NCBI GenBank assembly: GCA_938084905.1
Contig: CALKEQ010000002.1
Span: 139,515 to 203,514, forward strand
DNA length: 64,000 bases
Reading direction: 5' to 3'
Source: an uncultured bacterium
GTDB lineage: Bacteria > Desulfobacterota > Syntrophorhabdia > Syntrophorhabdales > JANXAF01
Part shown: positions 1 to 8,295 of the stretch, one piece after another
How the letters are laid out: each line of letters opens with the position of its first letter
Position numbering within the stretch: the first letter of the stretch is position 1
Made by a program: the position numbers and the translations under genes
Notes under the pieces: generated by a model
What the model saw: the letters and a program-made list of their open reading frames with translations, nothing else
What the model was told of the DNA's origin: nothing
Database searches by the model: none

Positions 1-2640
1 AAGGAGATAAGAAAGAGGTTCTTAGACTTTTTTGAATCTTACGGACACACAGTTTGTCCAAGTTCCTCCCTCGTCCCTGAGAACGATCCAACCCTCCTCT
101 TTGTAAACGCAGGTATGGTTCAGTTTAAGGGACTCTTTCTCGGAACTGAGACTAGACCTTATGTTCGTGCTACATCCTGTCAGAAATGTGTGAGGGCGGG
201 AGGAAAACATAACGACCTCGAAAACGTTGGAAGAACACTGAGACATCACACATTCTTCGAGATGCTCGGCAATTTTTCATTTGGAGATTATTTCAAAAAG
301 GAGGCCATAGCCTACGCTTGGGAGTTCGTAATTAAAGAACTGAATCTGGAAAAGGAAAAAATATGGATAACTGTCTTCAAGGAAGACGAGGAAGCGGAGA
401 GAATTTGGCTCAGCATGGGTATTCCAAGGGAAAGGATCCTTAGGCTCACAGAGAAGGATAACTTCTGGGCGATGGGTGATGAAGGACCCTGCGGTCCATG
501 TTCAGAGATCCATTATGACATGGGAAAGGAGATGGGGTGCGGAAGACCTGACTGTGGAGTGGAATGCGATTGTGACCGATTCTTAGAGGTCTGGAACCTT
601 GTCTTTATCCAGTATGAGAGAAAGAGGAATGGTGAGCTGGTTCCTCTTCTTAAGCCCTCAATCGATACTGGTATGGGATTGGAGAGAATCTCCTCTATCA
701 TGCAGGGAAAGAGGGGAAACTACGAAACTGATCTTTTCTCTCCCATAGTAAGACAGATAGAGACGCTCTCCGGTTTTAGATACGGGGAAGATCCTGAAAG
801 GGATATAGCTATCCGTGTTATAGCTGACCATATAAGGGGGGCAACTTTCATAATCGGAGACGGAGTTTTACCGGCAAGGGATGGGCGCGGATACGTACTG
901 AGAAGAATAATAAGAAGAGCTATGAGGTACGCGAGAAAACTAGGAATAGAAAAGAACTTTCTTTACTCTCTTTCTGCCACAGTTGTTGACGTTATGGGAG
1001 ATGTTTATCCGGAGATAAGGCAGAATCATCCTCACATCGCAATGGTCATAAAAGCGGAGGAGGAGAGGTTCAAAGAGACTCTCTCCATTGGAACAAAAAT
1101 TTACGAGGAGTTCGTTTACGATATAAAAAGAAAGGGTGAAAGATTTATTCCCGGGGAGTTAATATACAAGCTGTACGATACTTATGGTTTTCCTGTGGAT
1201 TTAACACTCGAGATGGCAAGGGAGGATGGGTTAGATGTGGATATAGAGGGTTTTAACAGGTCCTTGTCTGAACAGAGGCAGAGATCGAAAATAGCGACAA
1301 GAATAAGGAAGGGAATGGAAATGTATGGGGAGCAGGCTTCATTTTTAGATTACGAACCTACCGTTTTTGTTGGATACGATCAGTTGGAAAGTGAAAGTAG
1401 GATTCTAGGTATAAGAAGAGACGGCTCAGAAAGCAGAAGGTTAAATGAAGGTGAGGATGGAGAAATAGTGATCGATATTACCCCTTTTTACGCGGAAGGT
1501 GGTGGACAAGTATCGGATGAGGGGTTCATCGAAGGAAAACGAGGCAGGGCAAGGGTCATATCTGTTGAAAAAACACCATCTGATGTATTTTTGCACAAGG
1601 TGAAGGTTGAGCATGGTTACCTTGAGGTGGGAGAAGTAATAAAGGCGTATGTGGACATGGAAAGGAGGAAGGATGTCTCGAGAAACCACACAGCAACACA
1701 TCTTTTACACTACGCTTTAAGACAAACCCTAGGTGATCATGTGAGACAGAAGGGCTCCCTTGTTGATAGAGACCGACTCAGATTCGATTTTACCCACCTT
1801 AAGGTACTTGATGAGGGCGAGATATCGAAGGTTGAGGAAATTGTAAATAGAAAGATAATGGAATGCCTCAATGTGCAAACTGAGGTAAAATCGAAGGACC
1901 AGGCTTTAAAGGAAGGAGCTATAGCTCTTTTTGAAGAAAAGTACGGCGATCTTGTGAGAGTAGTAAGCATAGGCGACTTCAGTAAGGAGCTCTGCGGAGG
2001 TACTCACGTAAGAAACACAGGAGAAATAGGAGTCTTTATCATTTTACGCGAAGAGCCTCTCGCATCGGGTGTGAGAAGAATAGAAGCTGTAACAGGAAGG
2101 TACGCACTAAATTACGTAAGAAGGGAGCGAAAAACATTGGATGAGATCTGTTCGATTGTAAATGTGGAGAGGGGAAGAATCACAGAAAGGCTCCTATCAC
2201 TCACTTCCGAGCTTAAAGAGAGGGAAAGACAAATCGAAAAGTTACATGATCTCCTCTTCTCTTTGAAGGTGGATGAAGCAACAAAGGAGGCTTTCGAAAT
2301 TGATGGAGTAAAGATCGTTTCCCTTTTTATGGATAACCTTGATGTGAACTCACTTAGAAGACTATCCGACATAATAAGAGGAAAAATCCCGAATTCCATA
2401 GCCATAGTGGGCACAAAGAAAGATGATAAAGGGATTCTCGTTGTTGCAGTAAGTAAGGGTCTTGAACATAGATACAATGCGGGATCTATAGTCAAAAAAA
2501 TCACCGAGAAGTATGGCGGGAAGGGAGGAGGCACTTCCAATTTGGCCCAGGGAGGTGTACCTTCTGATAAGATAAAGAAAGCTGTAAAAGATCTAGATTT
2601 TTTGGGAGAGAAAGGGACTGAAGAATGGAAGAGCCCCTAA
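1..2640 (+). CDS. alaS: Alanine--tRNA ligase (5' end outside window)
   Basis: Frame 1 is open from base 1: KEIRKRFLDFFESYGHTVCPSSSLVPENDPTLLFVNAGM precedes the tracked Met at 115. Class II AlaRS core, editing-domain motifs (NHTATHLLH, CGGTH) and a C-terminal GGKGGGTSNLAQGG segment. Confidence 0.95.
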   Translation, partial: KEIRKRFLDFFESYGHTVCPSSSLVPENDPTLLFVNAGMVQFKGLFLGTETRPYVRATSCQKCVRAGGKHNDLENVGRTLRHHTFFEMLGNFSFGDYFKKEAIAYAWEFVIKELNLEKEKIWITVFKEDEEAERIWLSMGIPRERILRLTEKDNFWAMGDEGPCGPCSEIHYDMGKEMGCGRPDCGVECDCDRFLEVWNLVFIQYERKRNGELVPLLKPSIDTGMGLERISSIMQGKRGNYETDLFSPIVRQIETLSGFRYGEDPERDIAIRVIADHIRGATFIIGDGVLPARDGRGYVLRRIIRRAMRYARKLGIEKNFLYSLSATVVDVMGDVYPEIRQNHPHIAMVIKAEEERFKETLSIGTKIYEEFVYDIKRKGERFIPGELIYKLYDTYGFPVDLTLEMAREDGLDVDIEGFNRSLSEQRQRSKIATRIRKGMEMYGEQASFLDYEPTVFVGYDQLESESRILGIRRDGSESRRLNEGEDGEIVIDITPFYAEGGGQVSDEGFIEGKRGRARVISVEKTPSDVFLHKVKVEHGYLEVGEVIKAYVDMERRKDVSRNHTATHLLHYALRQTLGDHVRQKGSLVDRDRLRFDFTHLKVLDEGEISKVEEIVNRKIMECLNVQTEVKSKDQALKEGAIALFEEKYGDLVRVVSIGDFSKELCGGTHVRNTGEIGVFIILREEPLASGVRRIEAVTGRYALNYVRRERKTLDEICSIVNVERGRITERLLSLTSELKERERQIEKLHDLLFSLKVDEATKEAFEIDGVKIVSLFMDNLDVNSLRRLSDIIRGKIPNSIAIVGTKKDDKGILVVAVSKGLEHRYNAGSIVKKITEKYGGKGGGTSNLAQGGVPSDKIKKAVKDLDFLGEKGTEEWKSP

Positions 2641-3293
2641 GAACGTTAAAGAGGGTCTCAATCTTTTCATCCCTCGATGAGAACACACTTAAAGATATCT
2701 TAAGGATCGGAAGAAGAAAGAAATTCGAGAAGGGGAAAACGATTTGTCAAGAGGGAGAACATGGCGACTCCATGTACATTGTCCTTTCCGGAAAGGTGAG
2801 AGTTTCACTTTTCCATGAAGGCAAAGAACATATTCTTGCCACTATTGAGAAGGGAGGGTTCTTCGGTGAATTATCACTTATAGACGGGTTTCCCAGATCT
2901 GCCAATGTTGAGACTGATGAAGATTCAGAATTCCTAATTATCCAGAGGCAGGATTTTTTGAGGCTCATGAAAAAGAATCCGGAGGTTTCGATTGAAATAA
3001 TGAAAACCTTGTCAAAGAGGCTCAGATCTGCAGATGAAAGGATCAGAGATCTCGTGTTCTTACCTGTGGAGAGACGGGTACTCGGCTACCTTTTAGACTT
3101 TGCGGAAAAAAATGGGAGCAGGATAAAAAACTATCTCATAATTGAAAAAGGCCCCACAAACAATGAAATATCAAGTTTCTGTGGATGTGCTAGGGAGACC
3201 GTATCAAGAGCTATAAAGATGCTTGAAAGGAAAGGAATAATCAAAAGGGTTAAACACAGATACGTTATTTACCCCTCAGGTCAGGTTGTCTGA
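2625..3293 (+). CDS. Crp/Fnr-family transcriptional regulator
   Basis: cNMP-binding fold (FFGELSLIDGFPRSANV) plus C-terminal HTH (ETVSRAIKMLERKGII). Starts 16 nt inside the alaS 3' end. Confidence 0.85.
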   Translation: MEEPLRTLKRVSIFSSLDENTLKDILRIGRRKKFEKGKTICQEGEHGDSMYIVLSGKVRVSLFHEGKEHILATIEKGGFFGELSLIDGFPRSANVETDEDSEFLIIQRQDFLRLMKKNPEVSIEIMKTLSKRLRSADERIRDLVFLPVERRVLGYLLDFAEKNGSRIKNYLIIEKGPTNNEISSFCGCARETVSRAIKMLERKGIIKRVKHRYVIYPSGQVV

Positions 3294-3303
3294 AAAATGT
3301 TGT

Positions 3304-3852
3304 CTAAGCCTCTATGATCTTTGTCTCTTCATAAGCCCTCGTGTAAGCCTTTATGTTTCTCTCAGCTGCCTTTTGAAATCTCTCTCTAACGGGAACTTCG
3401 AGTACCTCAAGGGGAAAAAGGTTGGATGCCCTAATTAAAGCTCCGAGCATTGTGGTGTTTGTTATGGGAACACCCAGCTCCTCCATTGCTATTTTAAGAG
3501 CATCCACATAGGCTACCCTAATTCCTGGAAAGAGCCTTTTTAGTGACTCTTCTTCAAGATTTGTACTTAGGATCAAAGTGCCTCCCTCTTTCAACCCCGA
3601 AATTGAGTCAGTCGAGTTTAGAAGGCTAGGATCTAGAATCACTATAAAGTCCGGATTGTAAATCTTTGACCTCAACCTTATCGGTTCTTGGGAGATCCTT
3701 AAGAAAGCCTGCACGGGTGCTCCTCTTCTTTCAGGTCCAAAACTTGGAAAAGCCTGAGCGTAAAGACCATAGGAGATTGCAGCCTGGGCAGCAAGCTCGG
3801 CGGATGTTACTGCTCCCTGGCCTCCTCTTCCGTGAAATCTTATCTCCTTCAT
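3304..3852 (-). CDS. 2-oxoacid (pyruvate):ferredoxin oxidoreductase gamma subunit, stand-alone
   Basis: N-terminus MKEIRFHGRGGQGAVTSAELAA...FGPERRGAP is the gamma-subunit signature. No alpha, beta or delta genes are adjacent. Confidence 0.75.
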   Translation of the reverse strand: MKEIRFHGRGGQGAVTSAELAAQAAISYGLYAQAFPSFGPERRGAPVQAFLRISQEPIRLRSKIYNPDFIVILDPSLLNSTDSISGLKEGGTLILSTNLEEESLKRLFPGIRVAYVDALKIAMEELGVPITNTTMLGALIRASNLFPLEVLEVPVRERFQKAAERNIKAYTRAYEETKIIEA

Positions 3853-3875
3853 AGGCTGCTCCTTTTATTGTAAAT

Positions 3876-5309
3876 TTATCTTACCCTCCATGCGGTCCCA
3901 TCCTTTGTATCCATTAGAACTATGCCCTTTTCAAGTAGTTCTTTCCTTATTCTGTCCGCCCTTTCGTAATCTTTTACCTCTCTTGCTGATGCCCTTTCCC
4001 TTATCTTACTTTCCACGTATTCTAAGCTAAGACCCATTTTCGCGAGACGCCTCATCTTTTCTTCCCTTTCAAAAATGTACGGATCTTTACCAAGCAAACC
4101 CATAATGCTGGATAGTCTAAGAAGTGTCTCCCTCGCGTGATTGATGTAAGGATGCGCACTCTCGTCACCTTCATCCATAAGTCTGTTGATAGATCTGGAA
4201 AGTTCAAAAAGGACAGAAATGGCAACCGGCGTGTTAAAGTCATCTTCCATAGCTTCGAAAAAGCGGGCTTCGCAAGTAAGAGCTTCTTCGTAAGGTTCGT
4301 AACTGAAAGGCTCCTTTTTCTCCAAACCCTTAGATCTTAAAACCGTGTAGTAGAGTCTTCTTAGGGCCTCCTCAGAATCTCTTATCGATTTCTCATTATA
4401 TTCGATAGGACTTCTGTAATGAGTCGAGAGGAAAAAGAGCCTTAAAACTTCAGGGTCGTGCTCCTTCAAAAACTCCTTTATGAGGAGTATATTTCCCAAG
4501 GATTTAGACATCTTCTCCTTCTCAAAATTTACAAATCCGTGGTGTACCCAGTAATTAACAAATCTCTCACCAAAGGCTGCTTCAGACTGTGCCTTTTCAT
4601 TTTCGTGATGAGGAAAAACAAGATCCCGTCCTCCTCCGTGTATGTCAAAAGGTACACCTAGGTATTTTGTACTCATAGCGGAACATTCGATGTGCCAACC
4701 GGGTCTTCCTCTGCCAAAGGGGGAATCCCAGGAAGGTTCCCCCTCTTTTGAACTTTTCCACAAAGCGAAATCAAGGGGATTTCTCTTCCTCTCATCCACA
4801 TCGACCCTTGCTCCGGCAAGCATGTCCTCAGGGCTTCTTTTAGACAGCTCGCCATAGGCGGGGAAGCTTTCCACAGAAAAATAAACATTTCCATCCACTA
4901 TGTAGGCATTTTTCTTACGGAGAAGTATCTCTATCATTTTTATCATATCTTCAATGTGGTCAGTGGCCCGAGGTTCGTAGGTTGGCTTAAGAACATTGAG
5001 ACTTTTCATATCCTCATAGTACGACTCTGTGTACTTCTCCGCCACCTCCCTCCAGGAAATCCCTTCTTCCATCGATTTTTTTATGATCTTATCATCGATG
5101 TCTGTAAAGTTTTTTACGTAGATGACCTCGTAGTTCCTTGAGAGAAAGTACCTGTATATGGCATCGAAGACTATGGCATTTCTGGCATGGCCTATATGGC
5201 AATGGTCATAAACTGTGACTCCGCAAACGTACATCTTCACTTTCCCTTTTCCCGATGGTTGGAACTCCTCCTTTTCTCCTTTTAGGGTGTTGAAAACTTT
5301 CTGTGGCAC
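3876..5309 (-). CDS. cysS: Cysteine--tRNA ligase
   Basis: HIGH-type motif (CHIGHARN) and KMSKS motif. Full-length 477 aa class I synthetase. Confidence 0.95.
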   Translation of the reverse strand: MPQKVFNTLKGEKEEFQPSGKGKVKMYVCGVTVYDHCHIGHARNAIVFDAIYRYFLSRNYEVIYVKNFTDIDDKIIKKSMEEGISWREVAEKYTESYYEDMKSLNVLKPTYEPRATDHIEDMIKMIEILLRKKNAYIVDGNVYFSVESFPAYGELSKRSPEDMLAGARVDVDERKRNPLDFALWKSSKEGEPSWDSPFGRGRPGWHIECSAMSTKYLGVPFDIHGGGRDLVFPHHENEKAQSEAAFGERFVNYWVHHGFVNFEKEKMSKSLGNILLIKEFLKEHDPEVLRLFFLSTHYRSPIEYNEKSIRDSEEALRRLYYTVLRSKGLEKKEPFSYEPYEEALTCEARFFEAMEDDFNTPVAISVLFELSRSINRLMDEGDESAHPYINHARETLLRLSSIMGLLGKDPYIFEREEKMRRLAKMGLSLEYVESKIRERASAREVKDYERADRIRKELLEKGIVLMDTKDGTAWRVR

Positions 5310-5321
5310 GGGCCGTATTAT

Positions 5322-6335
5322 TTACCACGAAGGTGCTTCTTTGTCAAAGATCTCAAAGACCATATCCGGCACCTCTTTGAGCAACTCCATAGCCCTTTTT
5401 GCATCTTTTACATCGAGGCTGCCTAGTCCGCAGCTATGAGTGATAAGGATTTCATCTAAAATCAGTTTCCCTTTTACATCATGGACCTTTCTCACGAATT
5501 CCACTAGAATCCTTTTTACGTCTTCGTTGGTCGTTTTTTTAACATCCTCTGTTGAGGGGATCAACCCTGGAGATAAGATGCCATTATTTTTAAAAAAGTG
5601 GACGAGATCATCGCTGTAGAGGAATATACTTTCCAGATAGTTGAAAGCGTCGTAGTTGACTATTTCCACACCCGCTTTGAGGACCACTGACCAGTCAGTG
5701 TTTCCACAGCAGTGGATCCCCTTTTTCGCATCTAGATCTTTTATCACTTCCCCAATCGAATCAACCACATGTTCTTTAGGAAGCGAGAAGTAGACAGATC
5801 CATAGGCAACAAGGTAAGGTTCATCAAAGAAGATTATAACGTCCTTTTCCGGAAAATGCCTTCTAATTTCTTGCACCATCCACTTTGCCTTCATGTTTAT
5901 TGCCTTTTTTACAACGGAAAAGAGAAAATCGTCATATATCACCGGTATCCCTTTTCTGTCTTTTATTCCAAGCCCCATGCTTATAGGACCAGTTATTTGA
6001 GTTTTGATGGCTTTCACAACTGGTTCAATTTCTTTAAGCCTTTCCAGAATCCTGTAAAAGCCCGGAATAAGATCGGGAGGTATCTCGATCCCTTTCCCCT
6101 CCATAAGGCTTTCAAATTCTTCAGAAGTGAAAGCACAATCCTCGTCCACGTATACTGAGCCGTCCTCAGATGTCCTAAAAAATGGTACCCCTTCCATAAA
6201 TGGTACGTACATGCCCTCCTTCTTCGATCTTTTCGGCAATTGAGGCCAAAACGGTATCTCAGGACATGTGGAAAAGATGAGATCTATAGCCTCATCCACA
6301 TCCTTGAAGGGAAGGCTTCCGATTCCTGTGATCAT
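5322..6335 (-). CDS. MetE C-terminal / URO-D-like methyltransferase-family protein (tentative)
   Basis: 337 aa with His/Cys motifs resembling Zn ligands of cobalamin-independent methionine-synthase-like proteins (GIHCCGNT, ITHSCGLGS). First gene of an apparent operon with cysS and the gamma subunit gene. Confidence 0.5.
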   Translation of the reverse strand: MITGIGSLPFKDVDEAIDLIFSTCPEIPFWPQLPKRSKKEGMYVPFMEGVPFFRTSEDGSVYVDEDCAFTSEEFESLMEGKGIEIPPDLIPGFYRILERLKEIEPVVKAIKTQITGPISMGLGIKDRKGIPVIYDDFLFSVVKKAINMKAKWMVQEIRRHFPEKDVIIFFDEPYLVAYGSVYFSLPKEHVVDSIGEVIKDLDAKKGIHCCGNTDWSVVLKAGVEIVNYDAFNYLESIFLYSDDLVHFFKNNGILSPGLIPSTEDVKKTTNEDVKRILVEFVRKVHDVKGKLILDEILITHSCGLGSLDVKDAKRAMELLKEVPDMVFEIFDKEAPSW

Positions 6336-6419
6336 CTTTCCGGTCCGTAAATTTTACTTCAAATCTTGCGGAAAAAGACAAGTTTTTTCTTTCACCGGAA
6401 GATGTGTTATAATTAAAAA

Positions 6420-6475
6420 AACCCTTTCTTCTTTAAACGTCCGGCAGAAGGCTCCGTTTTAAAGACCAAAGGGTT
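6420..6475 (-). terminator. Long stem-loop flanked by A/T runs; a terminator-like element when read on the minus strand
   Basis: Outer 8-bp stem AACCCTTT/AAAGGGTT, an inner stem of about 9 bp CTTTAAACG/CGTTTTAAAG, and apical CC..GG. On the minus strand it is followed by TTTTTTTAATT. It lies between the slyD promoter (TATAAT at 6407) and the slyD SD. Confidence 0.4.
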
Positions 6476-6494
6476 AAAAAAAACGGGAGGATTT

Positions 6495-6926
6495 ATGATT
6501 GAGGCAAAATTACACGATACCGTCAGGGTTCACTATACCCTTTCCCTGGAAGATGGATCAGTATTTGACTCAACTGAGGGAAAAGAGCCCTTCCAGTTTA
6601 CCATTGGAGAGGGGATGGTTATACCCGGTTTTGAAAAGGGTATCCTCGGCATGAAGGAGGGGGAAACAAGGGTCTTCTCCGTCCCTCCAGAGGATGGGTA
6701 CGGACCTTATAATGAAGACCTTGTTCTCAAAATCGACAGGTCCTATATTCCACCCCATATAGACCCGAAGGTGGGAATGGTCTTAAGAGTGTATGCCCCC
6801 CATGGAGGGACTACTCTTGTGACTGTAAAAGAGGTTGGAGAAGAAACCATCATGCTTGATGCCAATCATCCATTGGCAGGAAAGGAACTGAGATTCCAGG
6901 TCACCCTTCTTGAAATCCTGAAATAA
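6495..6926 (+). CDS. slyD: FKBP-type peptidyl-prolyl cis-trans isomerase (SlyD-like)
   Basis: FKBP core with insert-in-flap (VHYTLSLEDGSVFDST..., HPLAGKELRFQVTLLEI). SD GGGAGGA lies upstream of the ATG. Confidence 0.8.
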   Translation: MIEAKLHDTVRVHYTLSLEDGSVFDSTEGKEPFQFTIGEGMVIPGFEKGILGMKEGETRVFSVPPEDGYGPYNEDLVLKIDRSYIPPHIDPKVGMVLRVYAPHGGTTLVTVKEVGEETIMLDANHPLAGKELRFQVTLLEILK

Positions 6927-8081
6927 CTATATGTACCTTTCAAGAATTAGAGAGAGAGTCCTCTCAACACTTCCAGGCTCTCTCTCTTCCATCTCCTTGA
7001 TTGTCTTTTTTAGCCTGTAATATGTGAGTTCGTCGTGGAGATCATAGAGGGTTCTGTAAATTCCCATCCTCCTTCCAAATCTGAAAACGAGCCTTTCCTC
7101 CTCTGTCAAAGAAAAGTACCTATCTATGACAGAGATCATCTTTTCCTTTTCCTCGGGAAGCTTCCCTTCAACTTCCTCTAAAAGGTTCAGTATGTGGTCG
7201 CTTTTCACATAACTCCCTATACCCTCAAGCCTCTGCAGGAGGTATTTTTCCTCCCTAAGAATATCCTCCTCAGTTTGGAGTAAAAATTCTCCGTTCCTTA
7301 TCTTCTCAAAGAGCGGCATCCCCTCCACGACCTTTAGTGTCCTGAACCTTATAAAGTCCGGATCTATCTGGTTTAAGACAGAAGCCGTTTCTTCCGCATG
7401 CTCCTGCCACCAATTTTTCCCTCCTAAACCTAGTATCACGTATTCTGAAAGTTCGATCCCAGACTCTTTTATTTTTCTGCCTGCCTCTATGTGCTCCTTA
7501 GGGGTAACTCCCTTTCTCATAAATCTCAGAATATGTTCACTCCCAGACTCAAGTCCCACATGGAGTCTTGTAAGACCAGCTTCTTTTAATTTCAAAAGAT
7601 CTTCGACCTTTAGTCTCCTGGCTATGGTCTGAGACCTGGCATACGATGTGATCCTTTCCACTGACGGGAACCTCTCTTTTAGGTAGCGAAGTAAGAAGGA
7701 GAGGTCCTCCACCTTCATGACAAGGGAATTTGCGTCTTGAATGAAGACGTTTTTTGCTCCAGTGTAAGCCCATATGGCAATTTGCCTGTAGCATTCGTTA
7801 AAACCTTCCTCAGATAAGATATCTTGAACAAGATCATCAGTTATCTGACCTCCAAATCCGCGTCTCCAGGATTCAAGAATTATATCGTCGTAGATCCTCT
7901 TCACATTATCTATGTCTTCTTTTATCTCAGAGACGGGCCTTATCTGAAACCTTTCCTTCTTGTAAAGATGGCAAAATTCGCATTTATTCCAAGGACAGTT
8001 CCTCGTAAACCTGAGAAGGAGGCTATACGCCTCACTAGGAGGGCGGATGGGTCCTATTTCGTATTTTAAATCCCTATTCAT
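6927..8081 (-). CDS. Radical SAM enzyme with non-canonical CX4CX2C cluster motif
   Basis: CPWNKCEFC gives C29, C34 and C37. Radical-SAM TIM-barrel-like core (RITSYARS, LHVGLESGS). No C-terminal Cys-rich auxiliary-cluster region. Confidence 0.8.
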   Translation of the reverse strand: MNRDLKYEIGPIRPPSEAYSLLLRFTRNCPWNKCEFCHLYKKERFQIRPVSEIKEDIDNVKRIYDDIILESWRRGFGGQITDDLVQDILSEEGFNECYRQIAIWAYTGAKNVFIQDANSLVMKVEDLSFLLRYLKERFPSVERITSYARSQTIARRLKVEDLLKLKEAGLTRLHVGLESGSEHILRFMRKGVTPKEHIEAGRKIKESGIELSEYVILGLGGKNWWQEHAEETASVLNQIDPDFIRFRTLKVVEGMPLFEKIRNGEFLLQTEEDILREEKYLLQRLEGIGSYVKSDHILNLLEEVEGKLPEEKEKMISVIDRYFSLTEEERLVFRFGRRMGIYRTLYDLHDELTYYRLKKTIKEMEEREPGSVERTLSLILERYI

Positions 8082-8205
8082 CTTTTTCCGGATGGATGGG
8101 GAAAGGTGGTGTGGAGTTTTTCGCCATCATTTTTTTTCTTTTCTTTCCCATATTACTCCTTCTTATTCGTCTCCTTATCCTCGTCTTTTTCGTGAGTGAA
8201 GCCAT
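8074..8205 (-). CDS. Hypothetical 43-aa Arg/Lys-rich micro-protein (below ORF-track cutoff)
   Basis: Hand-translated as MASLTKKTRIRRRIRRSNMGKKRKKMMAKNSTPPFPIHPEKDE*. SD AAGGAGG lies 5 nt upstream of the ATG at 8205. The TAG stop lies just inside the radical-SAM ORF (GATGAATAG), which suggests coupling. Confidence 0.4.
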   Translation of the reverse strand: MASLTKKTRIRRRIRRSNMGKKRKKMMAKNSTPPFPIHPEKDE

Positions 8206-8222
8206 ACTATCCTCCTTGCCTT

Positions 8223-8290
8223 AAGGATACCACAGATTTTCTTATAAATTCAATTTTTCGTTGATGAATGCGCATCCTCATGGTATCCTT
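8223..8290. promoter_or_regulatory. Perfect 10-bp inverted repeat bracketing the divergent micro-ORF/radical-SAM and HDAC promoter region
   Basis: AAGGATACCA (8223-8232) and TGGTATCCTT (8281-8290) are separated by 48 bp. This interval contains TTGAAT-18-TATCCT on the minus strand. Confidence 0.4.
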
Positions 8291-8295
8291 TATCT

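Noticed and set aside
3869-3885. Exact 17-mer TGTAAATTTATCTTACC, found at 3869-3885 (the cysS stop and gamma-subunit leader) and at 60789-60805 (just before the selB TTG).
   Set aside because: An exact 17-nt match in 64 kb of AT-biased DNA is within chance expectation: a rough estimate gives a few tenths of an occurrence. The two copies have different orientations relative to their genes, and the flanks do not extend the match. It is worth a genome-wide count only.
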